From Monocercomonoides exilis PA203 (lineage: Eukaryota; Protista; Preaxostyla): 64,000 nt of DNA. The number at the start of each line of letters is the position of its first letter. Within the stretch, counting starts at the first letter, position 1. The stretch lies in contig LSRY02000040.1 of assembly GCA_001643675.2 (NCBI GenBank), positions 310,001 through 374,000 of the forward strand, written 5' to 3'. The position numbers were made by a program, and so were the translations under genes. The notes beneath the pieces were generated by a model. It made no database searches. It was not told the DNA's origin and worked only from the letters and a program-made list of their open reading frames with translations. Positions 25,271 through 37,697 of the stretch are shown piece by piece.

Positions 25271-27612
25271 AGAACTTGATTGATTTAACTGCATCAAGTG
25301 GCATTAGATCGGTCAACATCCAATAAGATCGATCTAATGTCATTAAGATGCAGTCAAATTGGATGTGACTCAGTCACATCCGATGTTTTCAATTCTGGGT
25401 TTCATGATCACTAAAAAAAAATATCTTTAAGGGTCATTTCACTTGCTTGTTTCTATTTTTTTCAAAATGTCACAATCAACTTTTTGGACATTTTAGAGAG
25501 AGTGGAAAAGAGAAATGCTATCACTGCACCAGTGCACATCACTCCTTCACCTGCAAAAAAATCTCTCATCGAATCTGCTTGCAAATATATGAAAGTTGAT
25601 AAAACTCATGCATTTTTCCGACTCACCGGATTTGCTCGTTTTGAATTTGATTTGCTGTATCAGTTTTAAAGTGAAGAAATCCCTCTTCGTCGGGGAAAGA
25701 AAAAACAATTGAAAAATTTGAGGATCAACTCTTTCTTCTTTTGAATTTTTTGCATCTTGGATCAACATCCTTCACTCATTTTCTCGTTTCTTCTTTTTAT
25801 GAAACACAAAATTCAACAATAAAATTACTTCACAGCATTGTTCAAAATATAAAAGTCAATCTGATCGATTTGTTCATCACATTTCGACCAGACAGATTAG
25901 ATGATATGAGAGATGTGGGTGTTGTGGTTGACTGCACAGTTCTTCCAATCAACAGACCAGCTGGAAGCTTGCAGTTTGGAACAAAATTCTACAGCGGGAA
26001 ACATCATATCTACTGCGTGAAGGCTGAAGTTGGTGTAAACCCGCGCACCGGAACGGCCAGCACTGTCAGTTCCATTCATACCGGCTCAACACATGACTTT
26101 TCAATTTTCAAGGAGCATTTCCCACAATTCAAGGCGCAGCTTGGTGGCTCAAAGGTGCTGGCGGACTCGGCATACATCGGGGCGAGGGCTGATTTGGATG
26201 CATATATTACGAAACCTGTCGGAACTCCTCAGCTGGCATCGCGGCGAGTCATTGTTGAGCGTTATTTTGGTCGTTTGAAGACTCTCTTCGCTGTCTTTCG
26301 CCACAATTGGCCATTTCAGGTGGAAAGATTGCTGACTACTTCATTGTTACATGCGCACTGACAAACTTCCACATCCTTCACAACCCATTAACTGGACTTG
26401 ACTGCGAAGCCAATCAGAGGTTCATCAACGAACTTTACCTAATTACAACAAGAAAAACAGAAGCAAGGAGACTTGTCAACGATAGATATCGGGCTAAACT
26501 TAAGAATAGACTCAACCCAGAGGTCTCTCCAACTTCTAGAATAACAGTTCTGCTTGCAGAAGAAGCTGGCGTGAATTTTTATTTTTTACCCATATTATTC
26601 TTTATAACGTTTAATTTCTTCTTTTTCATATTTCAATAACCATAACTATCTTTTTCAGGTGATTCTGGTGACCAACAAACCCAAAATTGTGAAAAAGAAG
26701 AGAAAGAGGAAGAAAAAGAAGAAAAAGAAGAAAAGGAAAAGAAAAAGAAAATTTTTATTGAAGAAAAAGAAAAAAGAAATGAAATTATTATGTTGAATAG
26801 TGAAAATGATGAAATAGAAGATGAAAGAAATAATGTTGTTGGAACATGGTTCATTCCGAACCAATGGAAAAGTCTTCGCCTTCTTCAACAATCTTCTTCT
26901 TCAACTTTTCCTTCTTCTTCATGTTCAACATCTGATGAAAAAAAAAAAAGAGTTAGTGAATCGCCTTTACAATCTCTTTTAGCAAATAAAAAATGAGTTT
27001 TTTCTTATTTTTTTATATAAGCATTCACCTTCATCACATTTTTTGATAATCACAATACACTATTGATGTTTTAGATAATATTTGTTTTTGTTATTATTAA
27101 ACATACTTTAAAATATAAAAAATTTTGATTGAAAATTGTTTTAAACTCTTTGAAACTTAAAATAAAAATGAAAAAATGAAATGAATGAAAATGAACATTT
27201 AAACAAACACGAATATGCAAATATTTAAAAATATATTCAAATAAGCTATTACTGTTGTTTTTTTGTGAAAAGTTGGTAATCCTTACAAAAATACGTAAAA
27301 ACTTGTTATAAATGCATAGTATTAAAAATAGATAAAAGTGAAAAACTGATCAAAAATGGCTTTTATAATATCTAATAAACACACAAACCAAATTCTGAAA
27401 CACAACTAAAAACATTGGTAAAGAAATTAACAAAACAAAAAAAGTTTAGATCACAACACTCAAAACAAATTTAACTGATAATTCCGAAGCTGAAAACATG
27501 TGAGATTGAGGGAAATTCGATTAAAAATAGATAAATTCGATAAACCAGACAAAAATTGATTTGACTGAGTTATATTTTCGCGACTCAGTCAAATCAATCA
27601 AGTTCAAGTTCT
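25271..27612 (+). mobile_element. Harbinger-like element B with AAT target-site duplication; transposase 25467-26996
   Basis: AAT at 25268-25270 and 27613-27615; TIRs; ORF as in H1, including the TAA, plus three single-base homopolymer losses. Confidence 0.92.
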
Positions 27613-27617
27613 AATAT

Positions 27618-27691
27618 GGGCTAGTGGCTCAATTGGATAGAGCACCTGACTACGGATCAGGAGGTTGCAGGTTCAAGTCCTGCCTAGCTCG
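27618..27691 (+). tRNA. tRNA-Arg(ACG)
   Basis: Acceptor stem GGGCTAG/CTAGCTC, D arm, anticodon arm CCTGA-CTACGGA-TCAGG, T arm GCAGG-TTCAAGT-CCTGC, no encoded CCA. Confidence 0.96.
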
Positions 27692-27700
27692 TTTTTTTTT
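27692..27700 (+). terminator. RNA polymerase III oligo-T terminator
   Basis: T9 immediately after the tRNA discriminator base; mirrored at 28335-28343. Confidence 0.85.
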
Positions 27701-27819
27701 GAAAAAATAATTAACATTACAAATGTTTAATTAAAAATTTAAACTTTTATACATGTCAATAATTAAATTTTTGTATGCTAATTGATAATAATTGTTATAA
27801 ATTACCCCAACGTGATGTA

Positions 27820-28215
27820 CAGATATCGCATAAAATACCGGACATCGCACAAAATACCGGACAAGATCGATTTCACAATAACCACAAGAGGAATAATTCT
27901 GATAATTTTCCTCAAAATATATTTCATTAATACAAACTCATATGATATGCAAAACTTTCAGGACAGCTTCGCTTGAGCTCAGAAAAAATATATATCGAAA
28001 TATCGGAGAAATTGGATTTTGAGTTACTCCGAGATATTGAAAATAATTTTCTCTGAGCACAAATGAAGCTGCTTTGAAAGTATTGTATATCAAATGAGTT
28101 TGTATTAATGAAATATATTTTGAGGAAAATTATCAGAATTATTCCTCTTGTGGTTATTGTGAAATCGATCTTGTCCGGTATTTTGTGCGATGTCAGGTAT
28201 TTTATGCGATATCTG
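27820..28215. mobile_element. 396-bp fold-back MITE with TA|CAG...CTG|TA ends (Tc1/pogo type) at the palindrome axis
   Basis: TA-CAG terminus; two tandem 19-bp subterminal repeats ATCGCAYAAAATACCGGAC (27825-27862); inner 152 bp only ~70% self-complementary. Confidence 0.65.
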
Positions 28216-28343
28216 TACATCACGTTGGGGTAATTTATAACAATTATTATCAATTAGCATACAAAAATTTAATTATTGACATGTATAAAAGTTTAAATTT
28301 TTAATTAAACATTTGTAATGTTAATTATTTTTTCAAAAAAAAA

Positions 28344-28417
28344 CGAGCTAGGCAGGACTTGAACCTGCAACCTCCTGATCCGTAGTCAGGTGCTCTATCC
28401 AATTGAGCCACTAGCCC
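28344..28417 (-). tRNA. tRNA-Arg(ACG), mirror copy
   Basis: Exact reverse complement of 27618-27691. Confidence 0.95.
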
Positions 28418-28422
28418 ATATT

Positions 28423-30767
28423 AGAACTTGAACTTGATTGATTTGACTGAGTCGCGAAAATATAACTCAGTCAAATCAATTTTTGTCTGGTTTATCGAAT
28501 TTATCTATTTTTAATCGAATTTCCCTCAATCTCACATGTTTTCAGCTTCGGAATTATCAGTTAAATTTGTTTTGAGTGTTGTGATCTAAACTTTTTTTGT
28601 TTTGTTAATTTCTTTACCAATGTTTTTAGTTGTGTTTCAGAATTTGGTTTGTGTGTTTATTAGATATTATAAAAGCCATTTTTGATCAGTTTTTTCACTT
28701 TTATCTATTTTTAATACTATGCATTTATAACAAGTTTTTACGTATTTTTTGTAAGGATTACCAACTTTTTCACAAAAAAAACAACAGTAATAGCTTATTT
28801 GAATATATTTTTAAATATTTGCATATTCGTGTTTGTTTAAATGTTCATTTTCATTCATTTCATTTTTTCATTTTTTATTTTAAGTTTCAAAGAGTTTAAA
28901 ACAATTTTCAATCAAAATTTTTTATATTTTAAAGTATGTTTAATAATAACAAAAACAAATATTATCTAAAACATCAATAGTGTATTGTGATTATCAAAAA
29001 ATGTGATGAAGGTGAATGCTTATATAAAAAAATAAGAAAAAACTCATTTTTTATTTGCTAAAAGAGATTGTAAAGGCGATTCACTAACTCTTTTTTTTTT
29101 TTTCATCAGATGTTGAACATGAAGAAGAAGGAAAAGTTGAAGAAGAAGATTGTTGAAGAAGGCGAAGACTTTTCCATTGGTTCGGAATGAACCATGTTCC
29201 AACAACATTATTTCTTTCATCTTCTATTTCATCATTTTCACTATTCAACATAATAATTTCATTTCTTTTTTCTTTTTCTTCAATAAAAATTTTCTTTTTC
29301 TTTTTCTTTTCTTCTTATTCTTCTTCTTTCTCTTCTTTTTCACAATTTTGGGTTTGTTGGTCACCAGAATCACCTGAAAAAGATAGTTATGGTTATTGAA
29401 ATATGAAAAAGAAGAAATTAAACGTTATAAAGAATAATATGGGTAAAAAATAAAAATTCACGCCAGCTTCTTCTGCAAGCAGAACTGTTATTCTAGAAGT
29501 TGGAGAGACCTCTGGGTTGAGTCTATTCTTAAGTTTAGCCCGATATCTATCGTTGACAAGTCTCCTTGCTTCTGTTTTTCTTGTTGTAATTAGGTAAAGT
29601 TCGTTGATGAACCTCTGATTGGCTTCGCAGTCAAGTCCAGTTAATGGGTTGTGAAGGATGTGGAAGTTTGTCAGTGCGCATGTAACAATGAAGTAGTCAG
29701 CAATCTTTTCCACCTGAAATGGCCAATTGTGGCGAAAGACAGCGAAGAGAGTCTTCAAACGACCAAAATAACGCTCAACAATGACTCGCCGCGATGCCAG
29801 CTGAGGAGTTCCGACAGGTTTCGTAATATATGCATCCAAATCAGCCCTCGCCCCGATGTATGCCGAGTCCGCCAGCACCTTTGAGCCACCAAGCTGCGCC
29901 TTGAATTGTGGGAAATGCTCCTTGAAAATTGAAAAGTCATGTGTTGAGCCGGTATGAATGGAACTGACAGTGCTGGCCGTTCCGGTGCGCGGGTTTACAC
30001 CAACTTCAGCCTTCACGCAGTAGATATGATGTTTCCCGCTGTAGAATTTTGTTCCAAACTGCAAGCTTCCAGCTGGTCTGTTGATTGGAAGAACTGTGCA
30101 GTCAACCACAACACCCACATCTCTCATATCATCTAATCTGTCTGGTCGAAATGTGATGAACAAATCGATCAGATTGACTTTTATATTTTGAACAATGCTG
30201 TGAAGTAATTTTATTGTTGAATTTTGTGTTTCATAAAAAGAAGAAACGAGAAAATGAGTGAAGGATGTTGATCCAAGATGCAAAAAATTCAAAAGAAGAA
30301 AGAGTTGATCCTCAAATTTTTCAATTGTTTTTTCTTTTCCCCGACGAAGAGGGATTTCTTCACTTTAAAACTGATACAGCAAATCAAATTCAAAACGAGC
30401 AAATCCGGTGAGTCGGAAAAATGCATGAGTTTTATCAACTTTCATATATTTGCAAGCAGATTCGATGAGAGATTTTTTTGCAGGTGAAGGAGTGATGTGC
30501 ACTGGTGCAGTGATAGCATTTCTCTTTTCCACTCTCTCTAAAATGTCCAAAAAAGTTGATTGTGACATTTTGAAAAAAAAATAGAAACAAGCAAGTGAAA
30601 TGACCCTTAAAGATATTTTTTTTTTAGTGATCATGAAACCCAGAATTGAAAACATCGGATGTGACTGAGTCACATCCAATTTGACTGCATCTTAATGACA
30701 TTAGATCGATCTTATTGGATGTTGACCGATCTAATGCCACTTGATGCAGTCAAATCAATCAAGTTCT
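28423..30767 (-). mobile_element. Harbinger-like element B' (mirror of B); transposase 30568-29044 with the TAA at 30365-30367
   Basis: ATT duplications at 28420-28422 and 30768-30770; its 299-aa ORF is identical to that of H1. Confidence 0.92.
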
Positions 30768-30770
30768 ATT

Positions 30771-31743
30771 AGAACTTGAACTTGATTGATTTGACTGAGT
30801 CGCGAAAATATAACTCAGTCAAATCAATTTTTGTCTGGTTTATCGAATTTTACGAATTTTAATTGAATTTCATTCAATCTCACCAAGGGCGAAATTGCGA
30901 TTTTTTATGATCACAAATTGTGATCGAACATTTTTTTGTTTTGTTCATATCTTGACCTGTGAAATCATGTTGATGTTGATTTTTTGAAATGTTGTTTGTC
31001 AAATTATGAATTTTAAGTTTTTTATTATATTTTTGTTGTTTTCTCATTTTGATTCGGGTTTTTTGAAACTCTTAAATTTCGTAATTGTGACTCAGCTGTT
31101 AACTTTCACTGTTGAAATCGAGCCAACTTTGTTTATGTTTTGAACAATTAACATTTTCATATTCATTTTTTTTGAAGAATTTCAATATTTATAAAAAAAA
31201 ACATTTTTGTGTTTTCTAAACTGATATGTGTTGATTATTCAATCATTTTTCAATATTTTTGCATATTGAATAAAAAATAAAAAGAAAATGTGATTTTATT
31301 GATTCTTTTTTGTGTTTTTTCTTTTTTTAGAAAATATTAATGAAATGAAAAATCCAAATGAAACTAGTTTTAAATATTGAATAGATACATGAAAATTACT
31401 CTAATCATTATAATAAATCATCAACAATTATTATCAAATAATGTCAAATATGAAATTTGCGGTTATGTTAGAACTTCAATAATTTTTCAAAACTTTTATT
31501 TTTTGTTTCAAAATATCATGAAAAACAAATAAATAAAAGCATAATGAATTGAAATTATATGAAAACCAACTATTTTCAAAACAAACAAATAACGAAAATT
31601 TTCTGATCATCACAACCAGAATGAAAATGATCGGATGTGACTGAGTCACATCCAATTTGACTGAGTCTCAATGGCATTAGATCGATCTTATTGGATGTTG
31701 ACCGATCTAATGCCATTTGACGAAGTCAAATCAATCAAGTTCT
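30771..31743 (-). mobile_element. Non-autonomous element A' (mirror of A)
   Basis: Reverse complement of 24310-25267 with small indels. Confidence 0.88.
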
Positions 31744-32596
31744 TTTGGAAAATGAGATTTTTTGAATTGAATGCATAATTTTGATTTGACTCAATCAATT
31801 TGCATTTAGTCGGTCTTATTTGATATGAATTAGTCAAAACTGAATTGAGAAGATTTTTAAGGTGATCAAAAAATCAAAAATTATGAAACAAATTTATCAG
31901 CCTGGATGCCTGATAAATCACTTGAAGTTTCGTCCTTCACAAGAAAACAAATAAATAAAAAATAAATAAATAATGAATGAAAAATAAAAAAAAAAATAAA
32001 AATAAATAAAAATAAATAAAAATAAATAAAAATAAATAAATAAAAAATTAATAAAAATAAATAAAAACAAAAAAAATATAAGTTTTTACAAAGCACTTGC
32101 CTCATAAAAGAAAGGAAGATATATGTGCTTTGTTGTACGACCTCCTTTATTGGACAGACAAAAAAATCTATTTTTTGTGAATCAATGGTGGGGGTTGTTT
32201 CAAAATATTCATATCTTTACGCTAAACAAATGAGACAGATGATTTCGTTGTGTTTTCTTTATTGTTTGATAATTAAAATTTATTATGATTTTTGTCTGAC
32301 TCATTTTTCTCTTTTTGAAAGATCAGGGAAATAGATGGATGACATTTACATTTCAAGAATACAGACTTAATTATTTTTCCTCAATTTATCAGAATTGAAT
32401 TTCATTAACCCTAATTAACTTCCAACTGCAAGGGAAGCACACTCAACAAAAGATTGACAGACTCAATGGTTTGACAAAGTGAAAACATTTTATGATGAGT
32501 TCAGATTAACAACTGAACTCATTTTCAATCTTGATGAAGATTATTTAATTGTTTTAGTTGTTAGGTCAGTCAAATTGGAAAGCACTGAAGATACAT

Positions 32597-32836
32597 GGGT
32601 GATTCTTTTTGAAAAGTCACAATTGTTTAATTTTCAAATAAATCAAAAATTTCATATTTTGCTTATATTTTTGTTAACATGCACCAAACTTCTTTAATAT
32701 AAAATCTATTTCTGGATAATACCATTTCAAACATTCTTGAGGAGATTCGTGAGTGAAAGCAGATATTTGAGCAAAATATGAAATTTTTGATTTATTTGAA
32801 AATTAAACATTTGTGACTTTTCAAAAAAAATCACCC
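32597..32836. mobile_element. 240-bp GGG...CCC MITE with 4-bp TSD ACAT
   Basis: ~65-bp near-perfect TIRs GGGTGATTCTTTTTGAAAAGTCACAA..; ACAT at 32593-32596 and 32837-32840. Confidence 0.9.
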
Positions 32837-33928
32837 ACATATGTTCCGTTTGTTACTTAACCAGTCTCACCTCCATCAATTTTTTCGATCTTTCTTAATT
32901 AGGCGGATGGTGTGAGGAATCATATTGTGTTGAAAAAAAAAGTCAAAAATATCCAAATTTTACTTCTAAAAGTCAGTGAATCTCAGATGAGATTCAAAGA
33001 AGATGAAACTTGCTCAATGACAAAAGATTGTTTTCAAATGGTATTTGAAAGAGTTGTCATCTTATCCATTCCATACGAAAGAATAATTATCAATTGAAAA
33101 GATTTTTACTGTTTGTCTTTATGGATTATCTTGAAGCTGATTTGCAAACTCTAACAATACAACAGGAAAAAATTTATATTGTTGTTTTGTGTTTTCCATT
33201 ATTTCATATGTCATATCATGTCTAGCAATTGGGTCAATGTGTCAAAGCCTCATTTAAGAATTCAATGAAAACAACTTATAATAAACACATTATCCTTTTG
33301 ACAGAAAAAAGAATCGCGAATTATCAAATATTGCAATGCTCTTCACACAGCCTTATAGCCCTTTTTAATTGCAGCTTTAATATAGAAATAAAAGAATATG
33401 GATATTCAATACAAACATTTCTAAATTAAAACTGACTTAGAAAAAACCAGAATTTAAAAAGCATCAGAAAAAATTATAAATTAGATAAAATTTATTTTCA
33501 ATAAGAAAAAGCCTAACACATCTCAACAAAATGATCACATTTGTGAACATGTTCATTCATTCTTTCTTTATATAACTGATATTCAATGTGATTTTTACAG
33601 AAAATATTGCTCCAAAAGTTTTATGAAATCGAAAGTTATAAAAAAGGCTTTTCATGAAAATATTAAACAATTGTCTGAAAGAAAAGGAAGAAAAGATCTA
33701 TAAAACACGCATTGTTCTTAAATTAAATAATAAATACACTCAACTCAAACTGGTCAAGTCAAATAAAATTTTAAATAATAAAGAAATTGATGTTTATTTT
33801 TATTTCTGAAAATGGTTTTTTTTTGATTTATTTATTCATATTTTTTTAATATTTGTTTTTTTAATTTTAATTTGAATTAAAATTTATAAACAAAAAAAAA
33901 TGAATTATTGGATTGATTTTAGTCATTT

Positions 33929-34167
33929 GGGTGATTCTTTTTGAAAAGTCACAAATGTAAAATTTTCAAATAAATCAAAATTTTCATATTTTGCTCACAT
34001 TTCTGTTTCCACTCACATATCTTCTCAAGAATGTTAGAAACAGCATAATCCTTAAATAGATTCCATATTTGTGAAGTTTGGTGTATGCCAACGAAAACTT
34101 AAGCAAAGGATGAAATTTCGATTTATTTGAAAATTTAGCATTTGCAACTTTATAAATAGAATCACCC
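33929..34167. mobile_element. 240-bp GGG...CCC MITE (opposite orientation)
   Basis: Same TIRs; flanks ATTT/ATAT. Confidence 0.85.
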
Positions 34168-34643
34168 ATATTTCTGTATCTCATCATTCTGAAGCAACTT
34201 CTTTTTGAGAAGACTCTTCAAACTTTCGATTCTTTGATGGTGTGATTTTGTTACTGAATCCACAATGCTTAATATGTGTTGTTGACAATTTTATGATTAT
34301 GGGGATTTGATGGAACTTAAAGCATTTTCATTAAACATTATTCATGATAGTGAAACTTTCAATGATCAAAAATAACGTGTATTTTGGATTCATTTCTGAG
34401 AGATTTATGTTTTGTTACAAAACTTTGTGAAATGATTTCATTGACACTTGTTCTAATATATGCAAAACAGTTTATTTTCGAGATGTGAAAAAGCTTTCTT
34501 TTGTTATCAGTCCAACAAAGATTAATTTCCCTTTGCAAAATAAGCTCAAAAGTCAGTATTTTCTTTTATATATCCGATAGAGTTTAGAACGTAATATACA
34601 TTCCATCTGTCAATTTCAATTTTTGTGTAGTTTTGAATATTAG

Positions 34644-34897
34644 TGTGATTATTTTTGAAATCATATTTTTTCTGTCACAAATTTTTTGTTGAAAATTTTC
34701 TTTTGAATATCAACAAAAGATTACTGAAAAGTTAAAAGGTTTATTAAAAAAAATCGACATCTTTATTAGAACAAAAAATTTTATTTATTAAACAATTGTG
34801 AAAAATACACAAATTGCAGACAAAATCTCTTCCCAGTGACAAACAACCTTTTAAAAATGAACACTCAGAAAAAGTTATGATTTTAAAAAAAATATCC
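34644..34897. mobile_element. ~255-bp MITE subfamily, degenerate
   Basis: GTGATTATTTTTGAAATCATA.. / ..TATGATTTTAAAAA ends, similar to 43650-43904 and 60874-61129. Confidence 0.55.
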
Positions 34898-35909
34898 AAA
34901 ATATTCCCATGAAAAAATTTTAAAACTTTTCAAATTTTTTTCAATATCAGAACATGAATTGTTTTGGATGATATTTCTTTGATCTTCGTCCTTCCTGTTT
35001 CTTAGTGAATCCTGTTTAGACATTTTACACTTTCTCTGTTTAATTTTCTAATTGGAAACACAGCTTCATCTGTTTCATCCACTTTGTTTTTCCAGCCTCG
35101 TTTGTCAAAATTATTTTCAAATTTTTAGTGATACTTTTTCTAAACGAGCTGTTTCATAAGTTTTTAATGTTCACGGATAACACGCTAGTGAAACTGGAGT
35201 GTCGAACAGATAATCCGACACAAAAGCAATTAGCCAACAAACAAAGACTGCTTTCATTTATCAATAAATGTTTTAAGTGTGTGTTATTCCAAATATAAAA
35301 TTGTTCATGTATGTTCCAATATCCACTTGTGTATTTTTAAAGATTCAAAATTTTGGTCTTTTCTTTCATTGATGACAAAAGCGATCTTTTTCAGGAGTTC
35401 TGTTGATAAACGACCAATGAGATGTTTCAATTTTTGTATTTTTCACTTTGTGAAAACTTGTAGAATTGTTGTTTTTCTTTTTCTATTGGTCTATTGTTCT
35501 TTGTTGAGAAGCAATTATGAAATTGATAAAAAGATAAATGAAACCATTAAATATTTTTTTCTTGTATTCAATAGGTTCCTTTCGATTAATTCTCATGCGA
35601 GAACATAAATTAAACAAATTGAACAGAAGCAAAAATTTGTTAAAGGTCTATTTTAAAAATAATGAAACAGCAATTAAAACATTTCTCAGCTTCTTTTTGA
35701 TTTTTGAAACAGTGATATTTATTGATTTATTATTTGTTCCAACACAATAACTATTAATCGCAGTCGAAATTATTAATGAAGTCAATCCGTGAACACTAGG
35801 AGCAGGTTCACTTTTCGATTAAAAGTTTTGAATTCATTTTGTGAGTGGTTTAAGATCATGCTTTGTAAATATTCAAACTTGTTTTTCAGACGATTGTTCT
35901 CAGTTAAAA

Positions 35910-37372
35910 TGGAACAAGAACCTGTTAGAATACCAAATAGCGAATCCAAGGACAGAGGATTTGATTTTTCGCACAGAATTTCAATAGTTGAAAACATGAT
36001 CGAAGAAATTACCAGAAGCCAACATGGCCAATGCAGTCCGGAGCTATGGGAATGTTGCCATTGAAGAATTAGAAGAAAGAACGACTAAGAAGAATAAGCA
36101 GATCGAGATCGAGCGAGTTCGAGTTTGTTGCAAATTTTATTGAAGTGATCACGAGAGGGAAACAAGGAAAGCGAGAAAGATTACGTCGAACATATATTCG
36201 AACGAAGAAACTGGAGGACGAAAAGGATAGCGACTGGGATTCGGAAGAGCAAGAAGTTCAGGAAGAAATGGAAAGAAAACAAGATTTTTCCAGTATTTTT
36301 CACAGGGAGTGGTTGACACCCCGGAGACAAGCGAGCGAGTTGAGGAAGTTTATTGAATTTTGCAAAGCTGGCTCGATAAGAATAAGTGATGACATATTGA
36401 ATTCATTTATCCCAGAGAGTGAGAAGGAGTTCTTCACAGGACACACAGACACGAGCTTGAACGCTCTGGCCAGGACAGCCATAACAGCGAAGGGGAGAGG
36501 AGAATCACCAGAAGCAAGCCGAGCAATCAAACTCCTCCAGCCTGCTATGGAATCGGGCTTTGAAGCAGCAAAAGCAATTGCGTTACTGACAGTGAAGGAA
36601 CTATGGAAGGCACACCTCATGGAAGAAGAGAAAGAAAGACTGAGAGGACTTTTTTGCGCCTAGGCGCTTATTGCCGACCACATCAGCAGAATAAACCTTC
36701 TGAAAGTTAAACCCCAGTCAAGCTGGCGGAGTGTGAAAGGTTTTCTAGAATGAGGAATGTCCAAGGACATCACAGAGAGTTTTAGGAGACCAGTGGATAG
36801 CACTAGCTTTTATCAAGCAGTGGGAGAAGCGACAAGGAACAGTGCATCCCCCGCTTCTCCCACAGCCTTCGGCCTTGTCTCAGCCAGGTGTGGTTGCTCA
36901 AGAAGATGTGGTACAGAAAGGAATGCTCAGGGCTTCGCCAACAGACAGCTCCAAAAACGTGGCTTCGATGGGAGCTTCTCAAATTTCAAAGAAAGAAGGA
37001 TGTCAACACATGTACTACCACAGCATGCCCCTGCACCAGCTGGGAGAGTGGCCTCGATCACTGTTCACCTCACCCCAGCTCCCCCGAGGATACAGGGAGG
37101 ATCAGCAACAGGAACAACTATTGGAACAAGCCAATGTACCTAGAAGAAGAGAGAGCCGTGCTTTGCTGCTAGACAAAGAAAGAGGAGAGAGCATCGCTTC
37201 TCCGCGAAAACAGCGAAGATGCACTGAGCCCATTCGATCGAGAGAAGAGTATAAATCAATGAATCTCAAGAGACCACGAGAAAGGATCATGGAGAGAGAG
37301 CACAGAAGGAGACTCCGCATTTCACCGAAGGACAAGACAGAAGAATTAGGAGAAATCCGAGAAGGAGGATGA
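35910..37372 (+). pseudogene. DIRS ORF1 (gag-like), interrupted
   Basis: Position upstream of RT and broken long frames; no motif recognised. Confidence 0.5.
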
Positions 37373-37697
37373 GAAGAGAGTCTTGAGAGCTTTTGGTACG
37401 GTTACAGAGCCCCCAATTGGGAGTGATCTGGATGTGAGCTCGAAGATAGTTATTGAAGATATTCTCGAAGGAGAAGAATACACATAGATGCAGGTTGGCC
37501 ACAAGAAGCCAGGAGTGAAGGAGAATAAAGTGATTGGACCACCGAAAGAGCCACTGCCTGGGAGGCAAGTGAACAGGCTGAGCAAGTGGAAGAAGATTAG
37601 GGGAGTCAAACAAGTGAGCCGTGGTAAATGAGCTCGATGAAAAAGTCCCCAGTCTCCAATCTCACTCGAGAAGAGAAAACACAGACGAGAGTTTCGA

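Larger units (their letters stand above)
23980..32070. repeat. ~8.1-kb palindrome (inverted duplication, ~4-kb arms, axis 28017/28018)
   Basis: Mirror-image ORFs, tRNAs and element ends; paired coordinates near the axis sum to 56035; outer edges lie in (TTTA)n/(TAAA)n tracts. Confidence 0.97.

Noticed and set aside
27942-28093. Poxvirus/ASFV-like hairpin telomere or concatemer junction
   Set aside because: No viral or linear-plasmid genes nearby; a fold-back MITE explains the imperfect core more simply.
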